Assembly (NCBI GenBank): GCA_946965045.2
Contig: OX337241.1
Span: forward strand, 1,550,001-1,614,000
Length of the DNA: 64,000 nt
Origin: Epithemia pelagica
Taxonomy: Eukaryota > Protista > Bacillariophyta
Reading direction: 5' to 3'
In this document: piece by piece, positions 23,710 to 35,590 of the stretch
Numbering within the stretch: the first letter of the stretch is position 1
How the letters are laid out: every line of letters starts with the position of its first letter
The notes under the pieces: model-generated
What the model was told of the DNA's origin: nothing
The model's database searches: none
What the model saw: only the letters and a program-made list of their open reading frames with translations
Made by a program: the position numbers and the translations under genes

Positions 23710-24492
23710 TGTTACAATTCTTTCTGAATCGTAGGGACATTGATGCTCGGTAGAGCAGACAATCAGGTAGGTCACCAACCGATACAAGCTTCTCAGGGTC
23801 AGAGAAGCAAGCAAGTCGAAGTCTATCAGAAGGATAGTCGGGACACAAAAGAGGATGTGATAAATGGTGATATTGTTAGATTGTGTGTTGATTACTACGA
23901 TAGGTCTACGTGAAATGTTCGGTCCTGCCAAGGGTCATGTGTCATAGGTTCTTGGCGGCAACAGGTTTGGAATAGTTGGAGTTGATTCATGTGATGTATA
24001 TGACATGTATATGTGGGCGGATAACATATACAGGGTCAACAGCTCTTGCTTTGGGTTGGCATAGTTGTTTTCATGGCGCGCAGCTTGTTGACAATTTGGA
24101 GATTGTGGGAATGGAAATATGGTCTCGCGTGATCGTGTGTCGTGCTTGGGATACTTAGACCGTTGGGTCGGATAGATGCCGATAGCGCTCGGATGTCGCT
24201 TGGGCGCGCTCGATGATTTCGGGCGCGTACGCTTAGGGCGTTAGTATAATGTCCGAGCAACGGCCAAATTTATGTCCGTTGTAATACCGCACGACCCAGT
24301 TTAGTCTTGAGAGTGAGTTCGTCAATCTATTCTCACTTTTCATGATTTGCGAAGAAATATAGGTCGATATAGCGCGAAGCTAGGAAACATAGCTCGAAGC
24401 TAGAGGGCATGATGCGATAGCACGAGGCTATGTGACATGGGGAATCGATGAGATGTAGAATCTAACCACCATAGACGGTGAGAATTCTAACA
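23710..24492 (-). repeat. Element B 3' LTR
   Basis: Direct repeat of 31315-32097. Confidence 0.97.
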
Positions 24493-27400
24493 CTCCCCAC
24501 AACTCGTCGTTTCAGCCTTGTCATCATTGGATTTGTTGAGATCTTGAACTTCTCCTTTCCAAAACAGCAATGGCTTGAGCATGGGCCAAATAGATACGAA
24601 ATCCCAATGTTTGCTAAGGATATCGGCAGGGTTGGTCTTTCCATCTTTCCAGTAGAATGCAACATACTTTGCTGCGATGGCTTCACGAACTCGGTGGTAT
24701 GACAGAAGATGGTGTCTCTTGGATAGTATGGAATGAGGAACGGTTGCATTGAGCACAACGGATCTGTTATCTCCGTACATGTAACTTCGCTCTCGGATAG
24801 GTACTCCAAGGTAGCGGAGAGAATGTCGTAATTCTGTAATCTGATCTATTGCTGTCCTTGCAGCCACAAACTTGGATCCATAGGTAGCAGTTTCCACCGT
24901 GCTCTGTCTCTTGCTGTACCAGTCAATAGGTGTTCCGTTCAACAAATGTAGAACAGCAGTGACGGATTTACCAGTGACTATGTCATGCATGAGATTGGCA
25001 TCAACATAATGAGTTGTGGTAACATAGCGGCCAAGAGGTGTTGGGCAGTCTTCAGGAATACGTTCACTTGCATTCGAATAGACAGTGCGAGTCCAATCAA
25101 ATTCTTGGGTAGGAAGACTTGAATAATCAGGCTCTCCAATCCTAAATCTGATTGCACCTTCTGGGAGATGTGCAAGGTATCCATAGATACGCTTGGCTCT
25201 ATCAAGATGTCCTTTCCTCGGAGCAGCGCGAAAGCGTGATAGCGTCATTGTAGCGGTGAAGACGTCGAAACGACCAATAGTGATCACCCATTGGAGTTGT
25301 CCAATCAGAGTTTGGAAATGGCTAGTACCTTCTTCATCAAGGAGCTCAGAATCATCCAATTCAGGATGGTTTCCACCAATAAGAGGTGTTTTGGCTTTCT
25401 TGGGTTTCTCCTTGAAGATTCGTTCGAAAGTGTCCATCATCTTACCAATGTAGCGTCTTGGATCTGCTACTAATGTTCCATCAGAATCCTTGGTGTAACA
25501 ACATCCCAAATGGAAATCAATAGGTCCATCTCCTTTGAGTTTGAAGTTGTATTTCTCCTTCAGGATCTTGCAGATATTCCCAGGATCAGTAGAAATAATG
25601 GCTAAGTCATCAACGTATACGGCAATGTATTCGTAACAGTCTTCTCCAGGTGCTTTCCTCATCCAGATATCCGGATCTGCTTTGCTTGGTGAAAATCCCA
25701 TGTCTGTCAAAACATCGAATAAGACATCATGCCAGCGTGCGCCTGATGACTTCAATCCATAAAGTGCCTTGTATATAATCAGGATGTGACCTTCTAATTC
25801 CTTGAATTCAGGTCCTGCGACAATGAAAATTTTCTCCCCTGTCAAGGCTTCCAGATATGCATTTCCAATATCTGCTCCCCATATTTCCAAGTCATTCAAA
25901 GTACCCAGGAATAAGGCAATGCGGAGGTTGCGAATGGAAACAACACCTGAATAGATTGTCTCAACAGGTTCTTTCGTGAGATGTCCATCTGCGACAAGTC
26001 TTGCTTTATGTCGTCCATCATGTTTTACGTCAAAGACAAGATGTACACGTATCTTATGATATCCTTCAGGTGCATTGGATACTTTCCCTTTAATGAAGAT
26101 GGCTTTCCCAAAATCCTTGAATGTCTTGTAGGACTGGATCTGTGACAATTCTAATTCTGTTGCATCCTGCCACCTTGTGTTGCCATGTTGTTTATCAAGA
26201 GCGACAGCTTCCTCATAATTGCGTGGTACTTGGAATCCAAACTTATACTTGACGGAATGATGAACTTGTTTAATCCTTGACTGTTTGGCTGCTCGAATGA
26301 GACGTTTACTTGTTTTGACATAACGTTTCAAATGCTTCCATCCAGGTTCGTTGAGTAAACCATGTTTCTTTCCATAAATTGCTACAGTGATCGGATCATC
26401 ATTGGCGATGAGTGATAAAGGTTCATAGGTAGTCTCCCCAGTTTCCCAATCAACAAGCAAATTATATTTGCTCCCCTTGTAATCTGGATCAGTTGTGTTC
26501 AGTGGGCCTTGATGGGCAATGACATCCCTGAACCTGAAAAGATTATCTCCAGAGGTTTGAGCTTGGTTATCTCGTTCGATATACTCCATGAGTTGATTAT
26601 AGGATATCATCTCATCAACATCAGAATTTGTCTTTCGGTAGATGTATTTGACACGTTCTTCCTGTTTCGTTGCTTCTTCATTAAGATCAATGACTCGTTT
26701 GATGACACGTGCACGATGTCGCTCCCCATTTTCTTCTGTGTCGCATAGGAATGTGCGTCCTATCATGTCGTCAAAATCGATCGTGGGCATTGGTTTGGAT
26801 GGATCTTCACTATCACTGCGAATGAAGACAGTGTCAGCTTGCTTATCATTGTCATCCTTCTCAGACGAATCCTCCCCTGAAGGTCGATCCACACGTAGGT
26901 TAGGTGTAGTGGATTCAACACGGCGAACGGCAGAACGGTAGATGATCTGGTTATCTTGGGTGAGAATCTTCCAAGTAAAAGAATCACCAACGTTGTGAGC
27001 AAAACCAACCCAGTGGCCAAGTTTCTCATCAGAAGAAGATGGATATGAACCAGAAGTGGGTTCAGCGGGGTCGACACGGTAGTAAACCTCATCCCAGAAA
27101 GGAAAGAACAAGAGATGAGTAATGTCGGGTGGGCGTCCGGAGAGAGCCTCAAGAGGAGTGCGACCGGAATGGGTGGGTGATGACGTATGGTTCAATAAGT
27201 CACAGACATACTCAAGGCAAAGAAGCCAGGTGTTGGCAGGGCAACCAGTGGCATTCATGAGAGCGTTGGTCATACGTTTAACGGTCTGGTAACGGTTTTC
27301 AGCCTTATTCTGGTGTTGATGATAAGGTTCAGATCGATACTCCCCAATAAGCAAAGTGCGAAGAATGTCCTTGACCTTTTGAGAGATGAGAGATGAACCA

Positions 27401-30178
27401 CCATCACTGATAAGAGTCTCCATGGCACCACGAAACCGGATGTTATCCTGAAGAGTATTGACAAACTGTTTGGTTGACTTGATCCCATAGATATCAGTAA
27501 CCAGAGTATCTCGACCAACAAAGATTTGTGCGACTTTACCGCCATGGTCAACAGCAGGGGTGTCGGAGAAAACCGAGTCAGTAGCAACGGGTTCATGACG
27601 TCGAGGTATATTAAGGACCGGATTGCGAGCCTTGAAATGTTTCTTGAGGGTGTCGTGGTCAAAAGTAATGCTACCATTACGTGTAGTGTGCTTGAACGTA
27701 TCGGCAATAACATCTTCAGATTGCCAACCAAAGAATGGACGGAACTTCTTCCAGTCATACGCTTCCTGGTAACGACGGTGGACAGAGGCATGAAGTGTAG
27801 GATCATTACCTTCTGCGTCAGCATAGATAGAAAAGAAGGGTGCGTCGTCGGGTCCATGATCGTATGGGAGATCCAAAAGGAGATTGAGGTTACAAACAAC
27901 ACGATCAGTGTACTCCCCATAGTTGTCATATGGATGGTTCGACATACTACCATCAGTCTTGACGTGTTTCCAATCAGGATCATTGTCAGAGGGTGTGGGA
28001 GAATACGAATGGTCCAGAACACCAGGATCCCATGTGTCGGGTGACGTGAAGATGATCTGAGGTAAGGTATCCATGTCATCGTCGCTGGGGATACCCAAGG
28101 AGTGGATATAGGCTAACCCATCCTTGATGTGAAGGGGTATGGCACGACCATCAAGTGTAGTGATGCGTTGTTTACCATCAACTTTAACAGATCGTTCATC
28201 AACAGCAAGTCCGAAATGCTCGAATTGACCAGGAGCATGGATAGATAAGCCCTTCCCATAATAAGCATATTCATTGAAGATGCCGACAATAGGTCCGTCA
28301 TTGGTCTCAAACTTTGCGGCACATGTGACGACAGGAAGTCCAGTAAGTTCATGGTTGGTTATCAATACCCACAATAGTGATATGGCGGCCAGTCTTAAAA
28401 AGGATGCGCATGTCAGAACCAGCAAGTCCTCCATTAGCACCACGGTCAATCAATTGATTCCCTGGTAAAGTAGATTTCCTGGAAAACAGATAGTGTGGAA
28501 CATGTCCTGCTTGTTTATGCATGTTGGCTTTGAAAGTAACCTTCTTGCTCGTCTTGGACTTGGCGTTAGAAAGAACACTAGTCAGGTCAGTTGCCGGGTG
28601 ATTGATATCAGTCGTCATGGCTTGGTTGATAAATTGTGTAACCGGATCTGAATCATCTGAATGCTCAGGGACTACGCCAGGTGAGTCGTCATCAGATGCA
28701 ACTTGGTTGGGGTCAGGATCAGGTTCCGGATCAATGTCGAGGGCATGTGTTTGCACTGTCCTCGGTGTTGTTGATGAAGGTGCTTGAATCATCTTGTTAT
28801 ACTCAATGATCAACTTGCGATCTTCTTCAGAAAGTTTGAACCATAGGTCACGCGGTAGACTAACCTTGGACGAAGAGGATGGAGATTCAGATGTCGCTTT
28901 GGTGTTGTGGACATGATACTCCATATCATCTTGTGAGGTTATCTCAGCATCTGTATCTTGGCCATATAGTGATTCATGTTGTTTGACATGTCGACGGCGA
29001 CTATGAACAGATGACTGGGTTGCTTGATCATGGTCATAAGCTGCGTCTAGAAGGAGACGGAAGTATGATTGATAGCAAAGGGATTTTGCACCGGATTTGG
29101 TGTTCACCACATTATCCAAGATCTTGACTCGGCGGAGATCAGGTACCTTTTCTACAGCTTGCATGAGGAAGGTCATCCTGGTATGATCAGGGATGCGATC
29201 AGACAATGTCACTAAATTGTCTAGCAAACGTAGCTGCTCTTGAAAGTGTAGAAGAAATTGACGTGTTGTTCCGCGCCATGTGTCGTCAAGACGTAGATTG
29301 GAAATGTAGTTGGTTAAGCGGAGGACTTCTCGCTTTGCTAGGTCGGATTCGGTATGCAAAGAGTGTAACTTCTGCAATACGGCACGCGCATCTTCATCAT
29401 GTTCATGTTCACGTACATAGGCTCGACCTTGGTCAGTCTGAATGATACGGACAAGAACGGAGTAAAGAAATACTTGTTGCTCTTGAAAAAGTTCTTCGGC
29501 ATACTCATCATCATGGGGTGGTGTGTATTTGAAATTCAGAACGTTGGATAGGCCTTGAGCCTTAGCAGTAGTCTTGAATACACGCCAGAATGAATCGTAG
29601 TATCGTTCATCCTTGAATACCTCATATGCAGTTGCGTCGCGCTTAGTTCCCTTTCTGAATGCTGTAAGGTCTTGTTGAGATTGGGATGCGGCAGTAACTG
29701 TGCTGACAGATTTCACAGATGACGGTGACTTCATTGGCGAGACTGGGACTTGGCTAGGTGGTCCCTTAGAGAAATCTGTGTTGATCCTCCAAGTGTTGAA
29801 CTCTTTCCTCGTTAGGTTCATCCAGTCGCTATTGGATAGCTCGTCTTGAATTTCATTGGTCTTGTATGTGGCCCAATAAGCCAAGAGCTTGATCTGCTGT
29901 CTTGTGGGGCCTTGTAGATCATGTGTCTGTTTGTTGACCTTGTATTGTGTCAGTTCCTTCATGGATTCCTCGGTATTAGTTTGCATATACGAGATAACAT
30001 GGGTAATGTTCTCAAAACCATGGTATTTCATCCACTTCATTAAGTAGTCGGCCCTTTCTTTGGTGAAGAATTGGCAGACAGTAAATATGATGTGGTCGAA
30101 TAGGTCTGTGTCCGAGACATTGTCTTGGTTATCTTCTCCCTTAGGAGTCGTAGGTGTCTTGGGTGATTGAGGATCCAT
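24487..30178 (-). pseudogene. Element B gag-pol, frameshifted in protease region and RNase H E->K
   Basis: Gag ORF 28349-30178 (LIDRGANGG protease) and pol ORF 24487-28449 (IN D-D-E, RT YVDD) are split by a GGTT duplication at 28353-28360. YGSKF versus YGSEF in C. The stop codon lies inside the 3' LTR. Confidence 0.9.
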
Positions 30179-30180
30179 GG

Positions 30181-30463
30181 TGTTATTTGGTTGGTTCGAT
30201 GTTTATTTAATGTGCGGTGTGATGTGGTTTATTTAATGTGTGATGTGATGTGAACCCGGATGTACCACGTGTGCCACGTATGTACCACGTATGTGATACC
30301 CGGATGTGTGTTGTGATGTGCGACTCCTGGAAATTTCCGTTGATTTCGACAAATTTTCGCCGAGTTTCAACAAATTTTCGCCGAATTTTCGCGATTTGAC
30401 GGGAATGTGTGGCGTGTTGTGCGACCAAGGGTACCCGGATGTGCGTTGGGTTTAAGTCTTGGA
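30181..30463 (-). promoter_or_regulatory. Conserved ORF0-gag spacer of B (putative internal promoter / cis element)
   Basis: 3 mismatches in 283 bp versus 42027-42309. Contains CCACGT x3, ACAAATTTTCGCCGA x2, and a CA-rich leader ending at the gag ATG. Function is inferred. Confidence 0.6.
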
Positions 30464-30498
30464 AAGGTTTTGAGAGGACGGGAGTTAACTATGAGTAA

Positions 30499-31278
30499 TT
30501 AAGCTTCGGTCTCCGAATCCTCACCCTCTTCCGAATGATCAGAGTCGCTTCCAGGCTCAGACGGGGCAGCACAAGCAACAGAAGAAGGGGTATCACCTTC
30601 AGCCAGGTGGTTCTCGACCTCGGTACGCAAAGGGTAGATAGTTGCACGATGGTCCTCGATGGTATGGACCTCGTGGATGTAGGCAACGTAGTTATCTAGG
30701 CGTACAGCGTTAGGAGGCAGAGGGCAAGTCGTCGCGTTCACGACGTGGATGGTATTGTAGTATCCAGTTGGGCGCTCGAAGGTTAGGAAGCGGAGGTGGA
30801 CAGTACGGATGGGGTTGCCCGAGAGGGCGGCAAAGATGAGGCGACGCCTCGGAGAACGATGAAGGTGGTCGTTCAGACGATCAATGTCTTCTTGGTCGAC
30901 GATGTGGGTCACCGATTGGAACTGGCGTTCGATCTGGGTCTCCCCACGGATGATCTCGGGATCGAAGGTCGAACAAGTTGGTTGGCGGAAGTACTTGATA
31001 TGATCAGCAATCAACCGGGTGGTACGACGGGATCGAGAAGGGACGAGCCGACGAGGCGGACTCGGGGGCCGAAGCAACGGCGCAGGGATCGGAGCGTGAG
31101 GCTGGGTTGGAGTCTCGAATGGGTTGCTGTTGGAACTGTCGACGGAGATGTTGACCGATGTGTTGGCTGCCTTCGGCGTCGGCACCAGTTCCTGCTGCAC
31201 CAGGGTATCGGGCTGCCCGGGATGCAGGTTGGCTCGATAGATCTGTCGTACAGGAGTGATAATCTCGTTAGTATCCAT
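30499..31278 (-). CDS. Element B accessory ORF0 upstream of gag (259 aa, unknown function)
   Basis: ATG 36 nt inside the 5' LTR boundary. Ungapped homology to C ORF0, about 80/144 identical by hand count. Confidence 0.85.
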   Translation of the reverse strand: MDTNEIITPVRQIYRANLHPGQPDTLVQQELVPTPKAANTSVNISVDSSNSNPFETPTQPHAPIPAPLLRPPSPPRRLVPSRSRRTTRLIADHIKYFRQPTCSTFDPEIIRGETQIERQFQSVTHIVDQEDIDRLNDHLHRSPRRRLIFAALSGNPIRTVHLRFLTFERPTGYYNTIHVVNATTCPLPPNAVRLDNYVAYIHEVHTIEDHRATIYPLRTEVENHLAEGDTPSSVACAAPSEPGSDSDHSEEGEDSETEA

Positions 31279-31300
31279 GAAACCACAAGGAAATAAGCTT

Positions 31301-31314
31301 TGAGACTGTTAATC
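31301..31314 (-). other. Element B primer-binding site complementary to tRNA-Asn(GUU) anticodon arm
   Basis: Plus strand TGAGA-CT-GTT-AA-TC abuts the 5' LTR. Identical 14-mer in C. Confidence 0.75.
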
Positions 31315-32097
31315 TGTTACAATTCTTTCTGAATCGTAGGGACATTGATGCTCGGTAGAGCAGACAATCAGGTAGGTCACCAACCGATACAAGCTTCTCA
31401 GGGTCAGAGAAGCAAGCAAGTCGAAGTCTATCAGAAGGATAGTCGGGACACAAAAGAGGATGTGATAAATGGTGATATTGTTAGATTGTGTGTTGATTAC
31501 TACGATAGGTCTACGTGAAATGTTCGGTCCTGCCAAGGGTCATGTGTCATAGGTTCTTGGCGGCAACAGGTTTGGAATAGTTGGAGTTGATTCATGTGAT
31601 GTATATGACATGTATATGTGGGCGGATAACATATACAGGGTCAACAGCTCTTGCTTTGGGTTGGCATAGTTGTTTTCATGGCGCGCAGCTTGTTGACAAT
31701 TTGGAGATTGTGGGAATGGAAATATGGTCTCGCGTGATCGTGTGTCGTGCTTGGGATACTTAGACCGTTGGGTCGGATAGATGCCGATAGCGCTCGGATG
31801 TCGCTTGGGCGCGCTCGATGATTTCGGGCGCGTACGCTTAGGGCGTTAGTATAATGTCCGAGCAACGGCCAAATTTATGTCCGTTGTAATACCGCACGAC
31901 CCAGTTTAGTCTTGAGAGTGAGTTCGTCAATCTATTCTCACTTTTCATGATTTGCGAAGAAATATAGGTCGATATAGCGCGAAGCTAGGAAACATAGCTC
32001 GAAGCTAGAGGGCATGATGCGATAGCACGAGGCTATGTGACATGGGGAATCGATGAGATGTAGAATCTAACCACCATAGACGGTGAGAATTCTAACA
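31315..32097 (-). repeat. Element B 5' LTR
   Basis: Direct repeat of 23710-24492. Confidence 0.97.
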
Positions 32098-33382
32098 CTT
32101 CCAACTCGAGGCAGTGATCCCACAATACCTTGGGCGATTTAGTAGAGACCATTTTCCGTCCAGTCCCACGCTTCAACTCCCTAATTGCACTCTCAGCCGC
32201 ATTTGCCCATGGAGTATAGGGCTCCAACTGTTTCACTCGGCAACCAGCCTCTCTAGACTTCTTCCTGAACTTGCCTTTGACCTGTTCCGCGGCACCGTCC
32301 ATGATTAGTTCCGGTGGACGGCCTTCCCTCTGGAGCAACAGCGACAAAGCTTCGTGTGCATCGCCTTTCGAGGCCAGAGGGTACGCTCTAGTCCATCCAT
32401 TCCTTGCCGTGAAGACTTGGGCACAAGTATTACCCAGCCTAGACTTCACCTTCGAAAACATAGTGTCCGTGAATAAGGCATGAGGCAATGGCCGGTATCG
32501 GTGGAACCGGTCGTTCGTCGTGAACCTCTTGGTCAGAGGGTTCAATGTGGTACGTAGACCACGTTGCGTCGTCACTCGAAGGGTATCCGCAGCACGTTCC
32601 AATCCACATCCCCATCGACGTGCCAAAGTCTTGGCATCGATAGCTTTTCCATAAGGGGTAGTTTGTGTAACGGAAAGAGTCGCCACGCGTGCTTGCAGAG
32701 CAGTCGCGAAGCATGCGGTTTCCGACGGTCGCGAATCAGAAAGCAAAGTCGTGAAAGGGTCATTGGGTCCCCTTGAGCGAACGGTGGAAATCGATCGGTG
32801 GAGGGCCGCTCAGGCCGAGATTTCATCCCGAGCGAAAGAGTCATCTTGGGGGTCCCACGGCGGGTCGGGACTAGTCAAATCAAAGCGACGACATGAAGCA
32901 TATTCCTCGGAAGTGGGGGTCCTTGTAGGGAAATAGGAAGTGACACCACATAAATCAAGGGGTATCACAAAATCCTCATCGTCCTGATCTTTCAGGACCA
33001 GTGCGTGTGTCTTATTGTCGGGATTATCGGTCAAGAATTTCGGTTGGTCCGAAACTTGCACGTCATTCATCCACAACTGCATAGGGCACAGGAGGTTGTG
33101 AGTAAGCGATGGTATATAAATGGCCTGGTTCACGATTAGGATCAATACTTCACCGGTATCGGGGCAATCGTAAGCTAGAGCTGCACTTATAGTCTTGCAA
33201 CTCTTGTGAACCACACCCTGAGAAGAATCATATCCCTTGACATCCACAGGGCGGCCGTAGTCCTGTACCACCATGGCAGACCTCCCAACAACACACGTGT
33301 CCGCATGACTATCAAGCTCGGTGCGAGACTCGCCCTCGTTGGACGTGTCGACCGCACGGACACGCACTGAGCGGACCGCCGC
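32098..33382 (-). pseudogene. pol: Element A pol 5' part: protease and integrase core, with in-frame TGA at 32810-32812
   Basis: RTELDSHADTCVVG protease, LARRWG...TLRVTTQRG, FTDTMF, LIMDGA, NAAESAIRELK integrase. Same frame as gag. Confidence 0.85.
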
Positions 33383-34891
33383 TCATTTCCGTGACTTCTT
33401 CTGGCGGGTTAGCGCCGGATTGTCGCGACTCGACTCGGACTTGCGCTTTGCCGCAGGCTTGGCATCATCATCGGAACTATCGGACGATGAGTCATTGCCG
33501 CTGGCTCGAGGTGGATCGCGCAATGGGGGCAAGCTCATTGAATTCTTCGCGAGAACGGACAGGGCAGCGATGTTCCTCTGAAACTTCTTGGAAAAGAACT
33601 TCATCTCTTTGGGCTTACTGGAATCGCCCTTGCCCGTGCGATTCTCCCGCATTTCCTTCAACTTCTTGCGCTGGGCGTGAGAAAGCTTCTGATATTCGTC
33701 TTTCTTATAGTATCGGTCTTCTACACCGCCACTAGCCTTCCCCCCAGACTTAGTCTTACCAGAATTAGAATCAGTCTTGGTACTGATACTCGATACTTGA
33801 GACTGACTAGCCGATGGACGCTGTGCTAAGAAATCCTTAAACAAGGAGACGGCACGAGTGAAATCGGCTTGTAGAGAATCATCCGACATGATTTGCGTCT
33901 TCACCGCTTGAAATTGGTCGGTCTTGATTCCGTCCATCAGATGCTGAACCTTAGAACGGTCATCGATGCCAGGATGAACGCCCTGCTGGCGTAATCCTTC
34001 TAAGATCGCGTGCTGATTCACGTGGATCTTACAGTATTTCTCGAAGTTGAACCGTTTATGTTCACCGTTGTAACTCGTGTTCATAAGTTTCCGTTCAGCT
34101 TCGTTGGCCAAATTGTTCGCGTTGTTCGGCCCTAAGTAGTGGTCAAACAAGGCTTGATAAGCCGCTCGCCCGTCGCGATTTCGGCTCACCTTGCGGATGT
34201 AGGTCGAGCAATCCATCCGTTCACACATAGCGGACAAACGGATCCAAACCTTGGCCCAATCCTGCAAGTACTGACGGGTAAAACCGTCGTTCCGTCCGTT
34301 CCCAACACGGTGACGAGCGCGTGCAATCATCTCGGCCTTGTCGGACTCGTATCCACCTTGCGGGTCAGCTCCGGGGAATTCGTCCGTCCGGATCACGTAC
34401 GCCAAAGGTATACCGGACGTGCCTCGGCACTCGGCGAAATACTCCTTAATCAACTCGATGTTCCGCGGCCAGTCACGATTGTCGAGCTTGGGTGCTTCAT
34501 GATCATCATGCATGGTCTCATATTCCTTGAGGTCTCGCATAGGGCGAATGTTCGCCATCGTCAAATCGTTCGGCGTGGTGGCCCGATCGATGCGGATACG
34601 GTGGCGGACGAAATAGCATGCCAACTTGAGATTCGTCTCGGCTAGGATAGAAACCTCAAAGCCTGGATTAGGGACAGGCCGCGGAGCTGCAACTCCTGCC
34701 GCAGCGGCAGGAGGAGCTTGGACACCACCGGGGCGACGGACGGCCTTGCAAAGATTGGTGACGCCGTCGTCGTCCAAGTCGCGGAGATCTTCGATCGAGG
34801 AGAGTCCTTGGCGGTCCACAAGGTACTGGGATGCCGGGTTGGAGAACTGGAGGCGAATGAACGCCTGACGCATTGCAGCTGGAGCGGCCAT
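33383..34891 (-). CDS. gag: Element A gag
   Basis: Open ~502-aa frame from MAAPAAMRQ with GIPLAYVIR, LFDHYLGPNN, YNGEHKRFNFEKY, RYYKKDEYQKLS, NPALTRQ. Confidence 0.85.
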   Translation of the reverse strand: MAAPAAMRQAFIRLQFSNPASQYLVDRQGLSSIEDLRDLDDDGVTNLCKAVRRPGGVQAPPAAAAGVAAPRPVPNPGFEVSILAETNLKLACYFVRHRIRIDRATTPNDLTMANIRPMRDLKEYETMHDDHEAPKLDNRDWPRNIELIKEYFAECRGTSGIPLAYVIRTDEFPGADPQGGYESDKAEMIARARHRVGNGRNDGFTRQYLQDWAKVWIRLSAMCERMDCSTYIRKVSRNRDGRAAYQALFDHYLGPNNANNLANEAERKLMNTSYNGEHKRFNFEKYCKIHVNQHAILEGLRQQGVHPGIDDRSKVQHLMDGIKTDQFQAVKTQIMSDDSLQADFTRAVSLFKDFLAQRPSASQSQVSSISTKTDSNSGKTKSGGKASGGVEDRYYKKDEYQKLSHAQRKKLKEMRENRTGKGDSSKPKEMKFFSKKFQRNIAALSVLAKNSMSLPPLRDPPRASGNDSSSDSSDDDAKPAAKRKSESSRDNPALTRQKKSRK

Positions 34892-35590
34892 GGTAGTCAA
34901 AACAACAATCAACTCGTAACTTCTTGAAACACTTCCTCAAAAGTGAGCTTTCCAAGACGAGTTTTGCCATGATTTTAATCCATTACCTACGTAGAACCAC
35001 TACTGAGTTGCACACAATCCTTGATTGTTGCTCAGAATCGGTCGTGCCAGACCTAACCCACATGATCTTGGCCCTAATTGGCTAGATCCACATAGGAGCC
35101 CAGAAAAGTCCTTTTGTCGGTTCCACAAGACACCCGAACCACGTCTAGGTATATTTTGTCCTGCAGTGGAAGGCCTCACATAGAGCTAATCTCATGTGCT
35201 CTCGGCCAGAGGGATAACAAACCGCAAAATGTGAGACAAGTCCCAAACGGTTGCGGTGCGACACTGTACTTATTCTAAAATTCAGCACTGTGCTCCAATG
35301 AGTACCCCCCTTCCGTTGGAAAGGCTGTTTCGGACACATGCCCCCATCTCATCCACATGAAAACTGGTCCCAGGAATATTCTCTGGACCATTTTCCCAGG
35401 GTAAAATGCGAATCACACATATAACTGGTTTTGGGATGCGTCCTGATTTCGAATTCCGCAACCATGGCGGATCTGGTTCACTGGGATGGATCCAGTAGGG
35501 AAGACCGTCGCCATTCCCCCAATCTGCGCACCTTTTCGCAGACAACGGTAGCGCCAAACGATAGTAACGTACCATTATCATTGTGCCTGC

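Larger units (their letters stand above)
23710..32097 (-). mobile_element. Element B: Ty1/copia (CoDi-like) LTR retrotransposon, 8,388 bp, inserted in integrase of A
   Basis: 783-bp LTRs at 23710-24492 and 31315-32097 (TG...CA, no differences seen). TSD CTTCC at 23705-23709 and 32098-32102. PPT GTGGGGAG at 24493-24500. Confidence 0.97.

Noticed and set aside
23519-24260. ORFs within B and C LTRs, repeated at both LTR copies (e.g. MCPDYPSDRL..., MAGPNISRR..., MQTATRPG...)
   Set aside because: Short, duplicated only because the LTRs are duplicated, and not conserved as proteins between B and C.
30207-30428. 73-aa ORF MVAQHATHS... nearly identical in B and C (42053-42274)
   Set aside because: Identity follows the nucleotide identity of the repeat-rich spacer, and it uses a non-ATG start. 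Treated as cis sequence rather than protein.
31301-31314. tRNA genes at the PBS motifs
   Set aside because: Only 14 nt of an anticodon arm are present, with no acceptor, D or T arms. These are primer sites, not tRNA genes.
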